In this document: one piece after another, positions 37,305-50,480 of the stretch
How the letters are laid out: every line of letters begins with the position of its first letter
How positions within the stretch are numbered: position 1 is the stretch's first letter
Assembly: GCF_020745735.1 (NCBI RefSeq)
Contig: NC_083417.1
Coordinates: forward strand, 64,356,001 to 64,420,000
DNA length: 64,000 nucleotides
Source of the DNA: Hemiscyllium ocellatum
Lineage: Eukaryota
Direction of reading: 5' to 3'
Program-made: the position numbers and the translations under genes
Notes under the pieces: generated by a model
Told to the model about the DNA's origin: nothing
The model's database searches: none
Seen by the model: only the letters and a program-made list of their open reading frames with translations

Positions 37305-38559
37305 TTTGTTTTCTGCGATGTATGTCGCAATGACGTTTAACATTCTGAGAGTGCAGTTGGTATTTTGAGCCTCATGTGTTCAACGTTACTTTGTAGTTTC
37401 TGTGTTTATTTCACGTCTGAAATCACACGTACCACTGGAAGCATAGTTTCGGAAAAGCCATTTCATTTTCAAATGTGAGGTTTACTCACACTGCTGTTGT
37501 TCATACTATTTCTAACCACGAGTTGATCTGACTCCATCGTTCTCCTGGTCAGTGCGTCCAGATCTTAACCACAATTTTGGACACATGGCATTTGTTTTGA
37601 CTTTTACCATAATGGAAGACTGTGGTTCTTCTCACTTCTTTAATGTGATCAGTAGGCTCTAATCCATTCCTTTCGGAGTTCATACAATATGAACAAGTGC
37701 ATCAAATCTCCTCTCAACTTTCTCTTCATAAATGGAGATTGCCCGAGTTTCTCCACTCAACTTCGTCCTCCGTCCATGGAATTAGGCAGGTTTTGTGTCA
37801 GTCATCTCTCAGTGAGTTGGGATTTCCTTTCTGTGCTAGAATATTCTGGTTGCAAATTACACTTCAAAAAGAGAACACAAAAACCAAGACAGACAGTAAT
37901 GGAACATACTGCAATAGCGGCACGCTTTTCAAATGGATGTTAAATAATCCTTGCAGAACTTTTTTCGAAGTACCATATATCAGAACTTCCACATTCTCTA
38001 TTATTTAGGAAAATCATAATCAAGTTAATGAGCCATGCTATGCCTTTCAGAAATGCGGATTGATTCCGGATAGGGGCAGGAGTTGGCCATTTGGCCTCTC
38101 AAACCTGCTCCAATGTTTAATATGATCATGGCTAATCATCTAACTGAGCACCCTGTTTTTGCTTTTTCCTCACACCCTTTGATCTCTTTATCTTTAAGAA
38201 CTGTATCTAACTCCTTCATGAAAACATTCAACCGCTTTCTATGACAAAGAATTCATTTGTTTTTTTTGTGACAGAGGATGGAAACATGGCAGTAAAGAGA
38301 AAACCAGGTGATGACATGCAACAAAGGTTGACGAGGTAATAGGGAAAGGGAAGACCAAGATGCAGCAGCACATTGCACGTTGAGCGCACAAACAATTGTA
38401 TCAAATTGGAGAAGCGGTATTGAGTCAAATACGGGTTGTTGTCAGTTTGGATGTTCATTTATTTGAAATAATAGCTAAATTATGAACCCATGAAGGCAAG
38501 TGAATCCAATTTGAATAGGTGCAATTGAGGACATGGTGCAAGGCTCCAGTCGGTAAAAA

Positions 38560-39015
38560 CACTGACAGCAGATGCTGGAAACCAGATTCTGGATTACAGT
38601 GGTGCTGGAAAAGCACAGCAGTTCAGGCAGCATCCGAGGAGCACGAAAATTGACGTTTTCGGCGAAAGCGTCACTCTTTTCAAGTGACACTTCCACACGC
38701 TACTGTGTTCCCTGGCCATCTTTGTATCGGGTTTGCTGCTTGCATCTGTCTGAGACAACAGTTCACCACAATGGAATGAATTTTGCAAGGCAGAGAACAA
38801 ATTGCCTTAATCAAGTTACTCTTTTAGTCAAAAATGCATCAAAATACCAAGTATCAAAAATATCCAAATATCAAAATATTCCCAAATACAATTTGTAAGC
38901 AGTTAAAGGAAAGTACACAAGTCACCCTGCGCTTCTTTTGCCCGAAACGTCGATTTTCCTGCTCCTTAGATGCTGGCTGAATTGCTGTGCTTTTCCAGCA
39001 CCACTCTAATCCAAA
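38560..39015. mobile_element. Inverted Penelope-like terminal-repeat pieces (38560-38668, 38935-39015) enclosing an unexplained 260-bp segment
   Basis: GGTGCTGGAAAAGCACAGCAG..CATCCGAGGAGCA and its reverse complement. Confidence 0.7.
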
Positions 39016-39278
39016 GTAAGGATCCAGTAGTGCAGTAGTGCTGTTCCTAACTCTGAAACAGGAAATGTCATGCCGGGCTTGCTTCAAACGTATATAATAA
39101 TGTCTGAAAATATTGAATGCAATTTGTCTGAAGTGCACAATACTCTGATCAGAAAGTTTGAATTTCTTAAAACTCAAGAATTGAGGAACTTTCCTGGCAC
39201 TGTGCGAGCAGAAGGAGTTAGAATTTGCTTTTTTGCCAAGTAATGTAATCCTGGTTTTTCGATTTTCCTAAAACTAAT

Positions 39279-39487
39279 AGAATAGAATTCAGAGAATCCT
39301 TACAGTGTGGAAATGGGCCATTTGGCACAACAAGTCCATACCAACGCTCCAAAATGTATCCCACCCAAACCCATTCCCTCACACTATTTCTCTACATTTG
39401 TCCTGACTAATGCAGCTCGCCTTCATTTTCCTGAACACTGTGAGCAATTTAGCATGGCCAATTTACCTAAGCTGCACATCTTTGAAC
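39279..39487 (-). mobile_element. HE1/V-SINE 3' fragment
   Basis: Tail and partial body. Confidence 0.7.
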
Positions 39488-39519
39488 TTGTCAGCGTTCT
39501 CACTGTTATTTGGAGGTGC

Positions 39520-40945
39520 TGATGTTCGGCTGGGGTGGACAAAGTTAAGAATCACACAACAACAAGTTACAGTCCAGCAGGTTTATTTGGAAGCACTAAC
39601 TTTCGAAGTGCTGCTTCTTCATCAGGTGGTTGTGAAACAGGACCAGAAGACCCAGAATAGATAGTAAAAGATGACTTTGATGCAAATGATACATTGAACA
39701 AACCTAGATTGCTCAGTCATTCATCTTTTAGAATGGATTTGCTGGTTATGGTTCTTTAATATGTAAATCCCAGAAGTGCTTTTAAAGCACATTTTCAAAA
39801 TAATTTAAGGTTTTTATAACAAAAGCTGACATCTCAACTCAGACAACGTTTTACAGCTGCGAAGTAAGAGTCTGTCTGTATCCCAAACTTGAGTCAGACT
39901 GGTTCTATTCCAAAGCAGAATTTAAAAATATTATATGAATGCATTGCCTGCATTGACTGCTTGTAGTTACTGCATTTTTAAGGAAAATAGAACGCATTTG
40001 GAAGTTTAATTCTGCAAATACAAAATCACCCCATAAACTTATATGTGTGTGGCGTGCAGGAGAGAGAGAGAGAGATCGCGTGATAGCAAAGGAGCAGAGC
40101 AGTAGCTGCGAGACAAGTATGGTACCATGAGAATGGCTTCGACAATGACATTGGGTTAATGTCACACGACATGGGACCCCACTCCAACATCGTATACACA
40201 CACACAAGTACACACACTTACATACTCAGATACTCACACAGACCCTCTCTCATACACAGGCTCTCTCTCATACGCACACACATGCACCTCCGACACCCAC
40301 ACCCAAGCACACACCCCCTCACAGGCTTGTACCCCATCGCACTCACATCCGCACTTTACCAAGCTTTCACACACGCAAGCACATACTCTCTCACGTGCAC
40401 TCACACTCACGCACCCACACTCACTCCATCTCCCTCTTCTGCACGAACACAACATATATGCTTATAGGGTGAAATTGTGTTTGACGAATTAAATTTATGA
40501 ATGCATTCTATTTCGCTCAAAAATGCAGAAACTGCAAGCAGTCAATGCACATAAATTTTGTGAATTCCACTTTGGAAATAGAACCAGTCTGACTCGAGAA
40601 TGGGATACAGACAGACTCTCACTTCACAACTTTCAGGCTTTGTCTGAGCTGAGATGTCATCTGTCTCATAAAACCTTGAATGATCTTGAGAATGTGACTG
40701 AGGAGAAGTTCTCAGATTAACATATTAAAGAACGGAATCAGCAAATTCATTCTAAAAGATGAAATGCTTAACAATTTCTCTTTGTTGAATGTATCATTGC
40801 ACAACTGTAATCATTTGCTGTAAACTCTGTGTCTGCTGGTCCTGTTTCACGATCACCGGATGAAAAAGCAGTGCAGCGAAGACTAACGCTTCAAAATAAA
40901 ACTGTTGGACGATAACCTGGTGTTGTGTGATTTTTAACTTTGTCT
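39520..40945. mobile_element. Penelope-like 3' region as a large inverted pair (about 39520-40030 minus; 40090-40945 plus) with a CA-rich spacer
   Basis: The arms are reverse complements of each other. Hammerhead-like core at 39597-39625 (minus) and a degenerate one at about 40857-40885 (plus). Confidence 0.8.
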
Positions 40946-41609
40946 CTCGCTGTTGGCAGTGGTTAGAAACGATTCAAGCTCGAATGGAGAAATTGTGAGT
41001 TATTCAAGGTGAGCTAATGAACTGGTAAGAGTCATGAGCACAATGGCTGATACTCAGACCAGTTAAGGATAAGGCGAACATTACTGGTACCTGAAGGAAT
41101 GATTGGCACTGATCAATATGACGCAACATCTCTGATTTGACGAAAGCTGAACAGACGATCCGATCAGGGTTGAACCACAACACGAATTTCACCCTCGAGC
41201 ATTACTCCTGGAGAGAACAACACCAGAGCAACCCCTCGCCAGGAGGTGGGCGGAAAAGAATGAAGGAACTATGCAGACTGGCCACCTGACTATTCTGAGG
41301 TAATGTGTTTCGATTTCAGGGCAGTTTTAAAGTAGCAGAGGGTGACTTGTGTAGTTCACTTTAACTGCTAACAAGTTGTATTTGGGAATATTTTGATATT
41401 TGGATATTTCTGATACTTGGTATTTTTGATAGATTTTAGAATAAAAGAGTAAATTGATTAAAGTAAATTGTACTCTGCCTTGCAAAATCCATTCCATTGT
41501 GGTTAACTGTTGTCTGTTGCCTCAGGCAGAGAGAAGCAGCAGACCCGATACAAAGATGGCCAGGGAACACAGTGGCGTGTTGAAGTGGCACTTGAAAAGT
41601 GTGACATTG

Positions 41610-42125
41610 GAAAAGTACAGCCCGTCAGGCAGCATCCGAGGAGCAGGAAAGTCGACGTTGTGGGCATAAACCCTTCATCGAAATGAGGCAGGCAATAAGA
41701 AGCTCCAGATCATTTTTGCAGACAGAACGTAGGTGTTCTGCAAAGCGGTTCACCACTCTGCACTTCATCTCTTCCACGTAGGCGGGAACCACGTTTTTGA
41801 GCACCAGCATCGACTCCCAAAGGACTGCATGCCATCATTTCTGCCACCTCCAACAGAATACCACAACCAAATATATATTGCTGCTGCCTCCTTTGTCAGC
41901 TCTCCACATGAACAGCTCCCTGCAGGATATCTTGCTCCACTCCTCCTCCACTCCAAATGCCGCCCCACACTCCGCAGTACCTTCCCATGGAATCACAGAA
42001 GTTGGAACACATGTCCTTTTACTCCTCCCTCCTCACTACCCAAGGGCCCGGACGCACATTCCAAGTGAAACAGCGATTTATCTACACTTCACTCAATCTT
42101 GTCGACTTTACTTGCTGCTCACCAT
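41610..42125. mobile_element. Penelope-like GIY-YIG fragment with inversion
   Basis: NRFAEHLRSVCKND (minus); TCPFTPPS..QRFIYTSLNLVDFTCCS (plus). Confidence 0.7.
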
Positions 42126-43319
42126 ATCCAAAAGTGAGGAAAATCGATGGCACATTTACAACTCCAAGCCATGATTTCTTTGCCAGGCTATTTCTTATTT
42201 CCACTCAAACTGACTTCTTCTTCAGGATGGATGTCATTCAAATCACCAGTCACTACCACAATGGTATTTTCCTTTATTATCAAACTGTATTAACCTCATC
42301 TCCTCTTCCGTTTTACCTGTTCTCCCAGAGTATTGAATATCTTTGAGTATACGGAAGCCAAACTTGGTCACTCTGTAATCGCGATCAACTCATACTCGGT
42401 TGTTGATATTTATGTTGTCAATTCGTCAAACATGTTCAATTTATGTTAGCCTGCCTGACTCTCACATACCCACCATGGTAAAACGCTTGCCAGTACTAAA
42501 TTAGCTACTCATGTGTGAGTTTAAATTACACTGTGACTTCAAGTTGATAGTCCATTATATCCTTTCATTCTTTTTGACTTGAGGTAGGAACGCTCACTTT
42601 TAAGCTACATTGTATCATTATTTTCTTGGACTTATTCTTGTTTTCCATTTTTTTCTTCAACGTATCTGCAAATTTTATTTTTCAAGGATTTTGTTCATTG
42701 GGGTTAGGAAGTTGCTGTTAGATCATATTATTTCTTAAACTGTCTCAATTGGCCAGATTTACTCCATTCAGCTCCAGCCAGTGGGCATGCTTTTCACTTG
42801 TGATTTTTGTTTGGAAGGTGGTAACGCCATTTGGGTATTACACATGGGCCACATCCAGACATTTACAAACTTCTCTTTGGATTTTGAAACTACATGCTCC
42901 ATGAACTAAATGACTTCCACCAGAATTAGTCTTTTTCATGGCATCAAAATTTATAGAAACGCTCAAAGTTTTAACTGTTCCACCAGGGCCTGTGCAAAGC
43001 AATTTGAATGTCCAGTTCACCTTATGCCACTTCATTTCTCTTGCTAATTTCTCAACTGATGTGTTAATACCTCCGCATTATTTTCCTCCTAATGTATAAG
43101 TGGAGCCTTTCCAAAGTTAAACATTTCCTTACTGGATTTCATGGCCATGATTTCCCCATTTTCCACAACTGACATATTTTCATGTTATGTCATTATTTGC
43201 TGTCACTTTCATGAAATACATTTTGCCTCTTTTCTTCAACCTCAAAATATTATGGTCCAATTCCCTTTTCATCTTCTTTCCGGCTTCCACTCTATTTATC
43301 CCATACTCTATCATTAGCT

Positions 43320-44300
43320 TATGAAAGAACATAAAATGGGAGCAGAATTAAACCATTGAAAAGATAAACGTCAACTTCGTTTTTCTGCCTTTTTCCTCCA
43401 TGTGTTGGTACTCTTACTGATTTTCAAACCTGCCCGTATCAGTTTTGAATCTGCTTCACAAATTGTCTGGCGTACAAGTCCAAGGATTCACTACCAACCA
43501 GTAAAAGAAATTCACCCTAATCTCGGTCTTAAGTGAGCATCCCTTTACTCTGAGATTATGCCCACAGGCACCATATTCTCTCAAGATCTGAAACAGCATC
43601 TCAGGATGTACCCTGTAAAGATCCTAAAGAATCATTCGTTGTCAGAAGGTGTTCATCCAACTTCCAAAGAGTGATTAGGGTCTATACTCAATCCCCCCTC
43701 ATAATATAGTCCCTCCAAACCTTGAATATAGATGGACAACCTTGATTGATTGCCTCAACGTGGCAAATCCTTCCCTAGATCAGGACACCAAAACTGTTCA
43801 CGGTATTCCAGCTATTGTTTAACTCTTGCTTTTATACTTTTTGCATGAACTCCTTCTTCTTTATATTTCATTCCCTAGAAAGTTGCTGTGTTTTCTCTCG
43901 TGTTCAAGCAGATTTAACTGTCACACAATCTTAACTGACCCCAATACCTCCCTTGAAATAACAGTTCTTTCTTGTATTCTAGAAAGTCCAAATGCTGGTG
44001 TAGCAGATCAATTATCTTTGTCTTCCTGGCTCTGGACGGTAATACATTTGATAATTCTATCAGGCTGTCGTTTGTTATCTCTGGAAAATTTGTCAACAAT
44101 TTCTCAACTGCAACAGCATTCATCGGCTTACAAAGCCATCTTATTTTCGAATGCTGAGGCTGGTATCTTCCCTTAAAGACTTACCCCATCTCCAGATGCA
44201 ATGTTACATTATCATCATTCAAAGTATGCTGGTGGGAAGACGCCAGACCTTTGTCACAGCTGAGCAGGAAAAAGTGCACCAATAATCACATCCACACTCT
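43320..44300 (-). mobile_element. Old CR1/L2-clade LINE fragments
   Basis: 3'-end pattern and LLHQHLDFLE..-like RT remnant, strongly decayed. Confidence 0.5.
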
Positions 44301-45064
44301 GAAGGAAAGCAAATCTGATGGCTGTTGCAAGATTTAACTCAAATATCAGAATTGATGCCAGAAAATTGAAAATAGCACATCCTCCTTCTAACTATACAAC
44401 AGGCGAAGTAAATTGTTCGATTGATACCCTTGACTGCAAGAAAAAAGATTACTGTGTACGTTAACATGCTGAAACACTATCTCTGATGCTATGTGGTATA
44501 GACACTGACAGATCTGTCAGATAATAAGTGCTACTTCAAGAACATGGAACAGGTATATTACAGGATAAGCAGAGAACCTAACATTTAGTGATTGATTTTA
44601 GATCAGTCATAATCACATTTTGAAGTTGATTAATCTAATATTTGGTTAAAGAGTAACAAAGTAGATCTTGATGTTCCTGCATCATGTGGTCGTGCACTTA
44701 ATTTCATTTGACAAAATAATGAACCATGGGATTGAAACAGGGTAACGACGATAATCTAATGTTTAAAGTTACAGCTCTAAGTTTGAGAAGGGTATATTTA
44801 ATTTCAGATCCATGGATCCAAGGTTGAAAAATTCTCAACTAATTGCCCTTTGTCAAGAAATTAGAGCAACTGCATTCTTCTACCTTTTATTCCTCGACAT
44901 TTAACGATTAATTAAATACAGCCTTTACATGAAAATTAAATTTTTACCTGTGTATTTAGGTTACTAATTGTTGATTCTAATATCCTTTCAGATTTTTTTT
45001 TTTAGAAATTAGCACACTATTAATACACATTAGTTGAAGGATGTCAACCTTGGATCCTAAGTCT

Positions 45065-46825
45065 ACATATGGTTGGAGAGACAGTTAGAGGCAATGAGGA
45101 ATTTACAAGAGCAAGGGGGTGTGATGGATGGCAGATATAGGAAGGGAGAAAAGTCTCAGATACAGTCACATCGATGGGGTAACTCCAGGAATGGTAAGAG
45201 TGTGTTGGAAAATCTAAGGGGTAATGGATTGTCAGGGGGGCGTAGCACGAACAGCCAATTTTCTGGTATTGAGACTGGCTCTAATGCAATGACGTGTACG
45301 TCAGGTTCCAAGAAATCAATTGTGTTCAGGGACTCTCTAGTCGGAGGTACAAACAGATATTTCTGTGGCCAGCAGTGAAAAATCAAAATGGCATGTTGCT
45401 TCCCTGGTGCCAGGATCAAGAAGGTGCAGAATGCTTACAAGGGGGAGGAAGGCTGGCAGGAAGTCATTGTCTACATTGGAACCAATGGCATAGGAAGGGA
45501 AAAGGTTGAGATTCTGAAGGGAGATTACAGAGAGTTAGGCGGGAATTTATAAAGGAAGTCCTCGAGAGGAGTAATACCTTGATTACTCCTGGTGCTACAA
45601 GCTAGTGAGGGCAGGAATGGGAGGATAGAGCAGATGAATGCATGGCTAAGGAACTGGTGTATGCGAGAAGGATTCAGATTTTTGGATCATTGGATTCTCT
45701 TTTCGGATAGAAGTGTACAAAAAGGACGGACTGCACCTAAACTGTGAGGGCCTAATATACAGCAGGGTGATTTGTTCGAGCTACTCGGGTGATTTTAAAC
45801 TAGTAAGGTGGCAGGGTGGAATCCACGAGACAGTGAAGAAAGAGACCAATCTGAGACTCGTTCAGTTGAAAACAGAAGCGAGTTAAACAGTCAGTGCAGG
45901 CAGGGTCAAAGCAGAGAACAAGAGAGGACTGATAAATTAAACTGCATTTATTTCAAGGCAAGGGGCCTAACAGGGAAGGAAAATGAACTCAGGGCATGGT
46001 TAGGACAATGGGATTGCGAAATCATAGCAATTATGGAAGCATGGCTCAGAGATGGACAGGTCTGGCAGCTTAATGATACAGAATACAAATGCTACAGGAA
46101 GGATAGAAATGGAGGCAAGAGAGGAGAGGAGTGGTGTTTTTGATAAAGGATAGCATGACAGAGAGGATATTCCCAGAAATATATCTAGGGAATTTATTTG
46201 CATGGAACTGAGAAATAAGAAGAGGATGACCACATTACTGGGATAGCATTATCGCCCTCCTAATCTTCAGAGGGAAACTGAGAAACACATTTGTAAGGAG
46301 ATCTCAGTGATCTAAAGAATAATGGATTGGTTATTATAGAGGATTTTAACTTTCCAAACAGAGACTGGGACTACCATAGTGCTAAGGGCTTAGATGGAGA
46401 GGAATTTGTTAAGTGTGTACATGAAAATTTTCTGATTCAGTTTGTGGATGTACTTATAATGAAGTGCAAAGCTTGACTTACTCTTGGGAAATAATACAGG
46501 GCAGGTGTTTGGGGTGTCAGAGGGGCAGCACTTTGGGTTGGAGCCCAAATTCTATTAGTTTTAAAATAGTGATGGAAATGGATAAACCAGATCTAAAAGT
46601 TGAAGTTCTAAATTGGAGAAATGCCAATTTCGACTGCATTAGGCAAGAGCTTTCAAAAGCTGATTGGGGGAAAATTGTTCACAGGTAAAAGGATGCCTCG
46701 AAAAAAGAAAGCCTTCAGACATGAGATAATGAGAGTCAGAGAAAGTACATTCGTGTTAGGATGAAAGGATAGACTGGAAGGCACAGGGAATGATGGATGA
46801 CTAAAGAAATTGAAGGTTTGTTTAA
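45065..46825 (+). mobile_element. CR1 LINE 5' part (ORF1 SGNH esterase + ORF2 endonuclease)
   Basis: SIVFRDSLVGG..CFPGARIK, HIGTN, GFRFLDHW, LNCIYFKARGL. Confidence 0.88.
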
Positions 46826-47079
46826 ATCTCTATAAGGTCACACCCCTCACCCACTCCAGCCTCCGATGTACCTGGAAAGCTGCCCGAGCCCGTTCTGCCT
46901 CTTCCTAAAGCTCAAATATCTGTGAAGTCACTGTCCTGCTTTAAAAGGTAATATTTATAACCTGAGCAAAGTTACCTGAGTTATTGCACAAAACTGTCTC
47001 TTGTTTCCTTGTTTGAGTGACAGACCCCTGAAACTTGTAAAACACCTGCCAGTGGGATACAGTTTCAGACGTTTACGTT

Positions 47080-47564
47080 AACACAGGTTCAGGGGGAGTA
47101 CTTCAGTGGTCAAGGACATTCAACCTCGGATCTTCAGGTTGAACATCCTCCTAGGCAGACTTCGGGACACGTGAGAATGCAGAGTTGCCGAATAGAGGCC
47201 GACAATCATGTTCGGTATCCATGAGGGCAGCCTCAATCCGGACATTAAATTCATGTCACACTACAGATGACCCACTATACACATACTGATATGCACCCAA
47301 ACATGTACACACATACTCTCACACAAATACGGACCCTCTCTCATACACACAACATATTAACACTCACGCTCTCTCATACGCACACATTCCCTCACACACC
47401 CTCACGCTCTCTCAAGCACACACAAACTCACATGCATGCTCTCACAAACATATACATCCACACAGTTACACACACTTCCTCTCTCAAGCAACACATTCTC
47501 TCAAGAGCATGTGCACATGCACAGACACACTCGCTCCATCAAACACGCCCTCTCATACATAAGT

Positions 47565-47595
<31 letters not shown>

Positions 47596-47700
47596 TACAC
47601 ATGCACACACAGATATAGATCTATGGGGTGAATTTGCATTTGCAGACTTGTATTTGCAGATGCATTCTATTTTGTTCAAAAGCCACACAATGAAGGAGTC
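47080..47700 (+). mobile_element. Penelope-like GIY-YIG C-terminus + CA/CT-rich 3' region
   Basis: GEYFSGQGHSTSDLQ..FGIHEGSLNPDIKFMSHY followed by (CA)/(CT) repeats. Confidence 0.75.
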
Positions 47701-47714
47701 AAGAATGTTGATGA

Positions 47715-49110
47715 GGGCAGAGCGGTATTCCTCATCTACATGGATTTCAGTAAGGCCTTTGATAAAATTCCAATTGGTGGGCTGCTCTGGAAGATTAGAT
47801 CACATGGAATCCAGGGGGAGTTGGCAAATGAGGTTCTCAATTTACTTGATGGTAGGAAGCACAGGGTAATAGTGGAAGGATGTTTGTTGGACTGGAGGCC
47901 TGTAACTAGTGGTGTGCCTCAGGTGTTGGTGCTGGACCTATTGCTTTTGTTGATTATATTAATGATTTGGATGAGAATTTACAAGGCATGATTAATAAGT
48001 TTGTAGATCACATTAAAATAAGTGTTATTATGGGCAGGGAGGAAGGAAGGTTATCAGAAAATGCAGCAGGATATTGATCAGCTGGAGAAGTGGGCCAAGA
48101 AATGGCAAATGAAGTTTAATATAGATAAGTGTGAGGCGTTGCATTTTGGAAAGGCAAATCAAGGTACGAGTTTCATGGTGAATGGTTCAGCCTTGAGGAG
48201 TGTAGGGGAACAGGGGGAACTTGGAGCTCAGGTTCACAGTTCTCTGAAAGTGAAGTCACAGGGAGACAGGGTAATGAGGAAAGATTTTGGCACCTCTGGC
48301 CTTCATCAGTCAGATCATTGAATATTGAATTTGGGAAGATATGTTGCAGTTGTATAGGACATTGGTGAGACTGCGCTTGGAATATTGTTTTCAGAATTGG
48401 TTACCTTGCTATAGGAAGGATGTTATTAAACTGAAAATAGTGCAGTGCGTGGATGTTTCCAGGACTCAACTGTTTGCGTTATAGGGAGAGATTAAACAAG
48501 GTAGGACATTTTTCTGTCGTGCATAGACTGAGAGGCAATCTTTTGAAGTGTATCAGATAGTGTGAGGCATGGGTAGGGTGAAGGCACACAGTCTTTTTTT
48601 CCAGGGTTGGATAATCGAGAACTAGAGGGCATCAGTCTCAGTTTAGAGGAGATAGAATAAAAGGGAACCTGAGGGGCAACATTTTTACAAAGAGGGTAGT
48701 AAGCAGATGGAATGAGCTGCCAGTGGAAGTTGTTGAGGTAGATGCAATAATAATATTGAAAAGGCAGTTGGATGAACACATAGATAAGAAAGGAATAGGA
48801 GGATCTACTGTACACTGCCATAGTGAATTCCACTGATTCGTTATCTTAGGAGAGAAGTAAAAAGGGACATTTAAGCAACTCTTGGATAGGTACATGGAAG
48901 ATAGAACAATGAAGGGCATATATTAGAGTAGGATAAAAGGCCAGCACAACATTGAGGGACAAACAGCCTGGAGTGTGTTGTACTGTTCTATGTTCTATAA
49001 GGACAGTGGTAAAGTGCAGGGAACTGGAATTAGTGTAGATGGACATTTTTTTGTGGCATGGACCAGTTTGCACCAAAGGGCCTGTCATGTTTTAGGACAC
49101 TATGACTATC
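47715..49110 (+). mobile_element. CR1 RT 3' half plus stacked additional CR1 3' tails
   Basis: MDFSKAFDKIP, GVPQ, FNIDKCEALHFG; several successive 3' ends. Confidence 0.85.
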
Positions 49111-49119
49111 TATAGACAG

Positions 49120-49530
49120 TCAGTTAGTGTGGCATTTTATAAATTCCCACTTTGGAAATAAAACCAATCTGGCTCCAAGTTGAAATACAAATACGCTTGA
49201 AACATTGCCTCACATCTAAAATGTATTGCCTCACTTGAGGTATGATCTTTATTCTGATAAAGCCTGAAGTTATCTTGGGGTAGTGACTTGAAAGAAATTC
49301 TGGGATTTCCATATTAATTAACTGAAAACTGCACCTCCAATCTAACTGATTAAAGACTGCATAGCCATCTAGGTTTGTTCAATATATTCACATGAACTGT
49401 GTGACCCTTTGACCTTTTATTTCTCAGTTCTGTTTCCGATGTATTCTCTCTTCCTAGCTGCCTGAGGAAGGAGCTGGGGCTCTGAAAGCATATGATTTCA
49501 AATAAACCTGTTGGAATACAACCCAGTGTC
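49120..49530 (+). mobile_element. Penelope-like terminal repeat with hammerhead-like core (49462-49492)
   Basis: CUGAGGA-A-GGAGC-UGGG-GCUCU-GAAAGCAUA followed by AATAAACCTGTTGGA. Confidence 0.65.
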
Positions 49531-50317
49531 ATGTGAGGTTTTTTTTGCCTTTGCGAAGGGACTACTGGAATTGCTTTGAAGTATAGGCCCATAAACAGTG
49601 ACACTGAGATGGTAATGTTTGCTAACCACAACCCCAATCTTTTATTGACAGTTCAAAAATCAGAATATAAGTGTATTTTGATATTGTTTGTTATTGCAGC
49701 CCTGTCACTTTCAGCTGATGTACATCGCAAGGCAAAATCAACGTGATTAACTAAGTATCAACATGAGCAGCAGTATACAACGATGGACTGAATGTGAATC
49801 TTTGCTTTTATTGCTTGTGTTCTTCCATGCTTCAAAGCCTTGTAACTAAGTTTGTCTAAGCGACAGTTCTTTTGTGCCAAGTGTGCAATGAAGTGATGTG
49901 ATCCAAATATTACGAGCAGGCTGTTCAGGCCACATATATATCTTTAACCTACAGCAAATAACACATGAATAAGATAAACGTATACAACTGCAACAAGGGG
50001 TCCAAATGCAAGAAGAAGGGAAGCTTATCTGGAATGATTCAGTCTGGAGAACTGTCACAGTCAAAAATATGAGCTGTTTGTAATTGGGAAAAGAATATTA
50101 CATTTTTGAATTCAAGGAGAGAAAATTATTATCTGGACACGGAGACAACAGCTAATTGTTCCACCACTCTTCCTTTGTAACTCTTTCGCATAATGAATGA
50201 GTTGGTAAACTCATCAAATATCATGTTTGCAATACGAAAGTGTTTTGAACAGGATTTTATTGGATCTACGTCCGTATAAAAGTAACTAGAAATCAACAAA
50301 CTACAGATGTTCGGAGA

Positions 50318-50480
50318 NNNNNNNNNNNNNNNNNNNNNNNNNNNNNNNNNNNNNNNNNNNNNNNNNNNNNNNNNNNNNNNNNNNNNNNNNNNNNNNNNNN
50401 NNNNNNNNNNNNNNNNNNNNNNNNNNNNNNNNNNNNNNNNNNNNNNNNNNNNNNNNNNNNNNNNNNNNNNNNNNNNNNNT
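50318..50480. other. Assembly gap (N run)
   Basis: Run of N. Confidence 1.

Noticed and set aside
47267-47869. 200-aa His/Thr-rich ORF (also 40159-40467)
   Set aside because: Translation of CA/CT microsatellite-like PLE 3' sequence.
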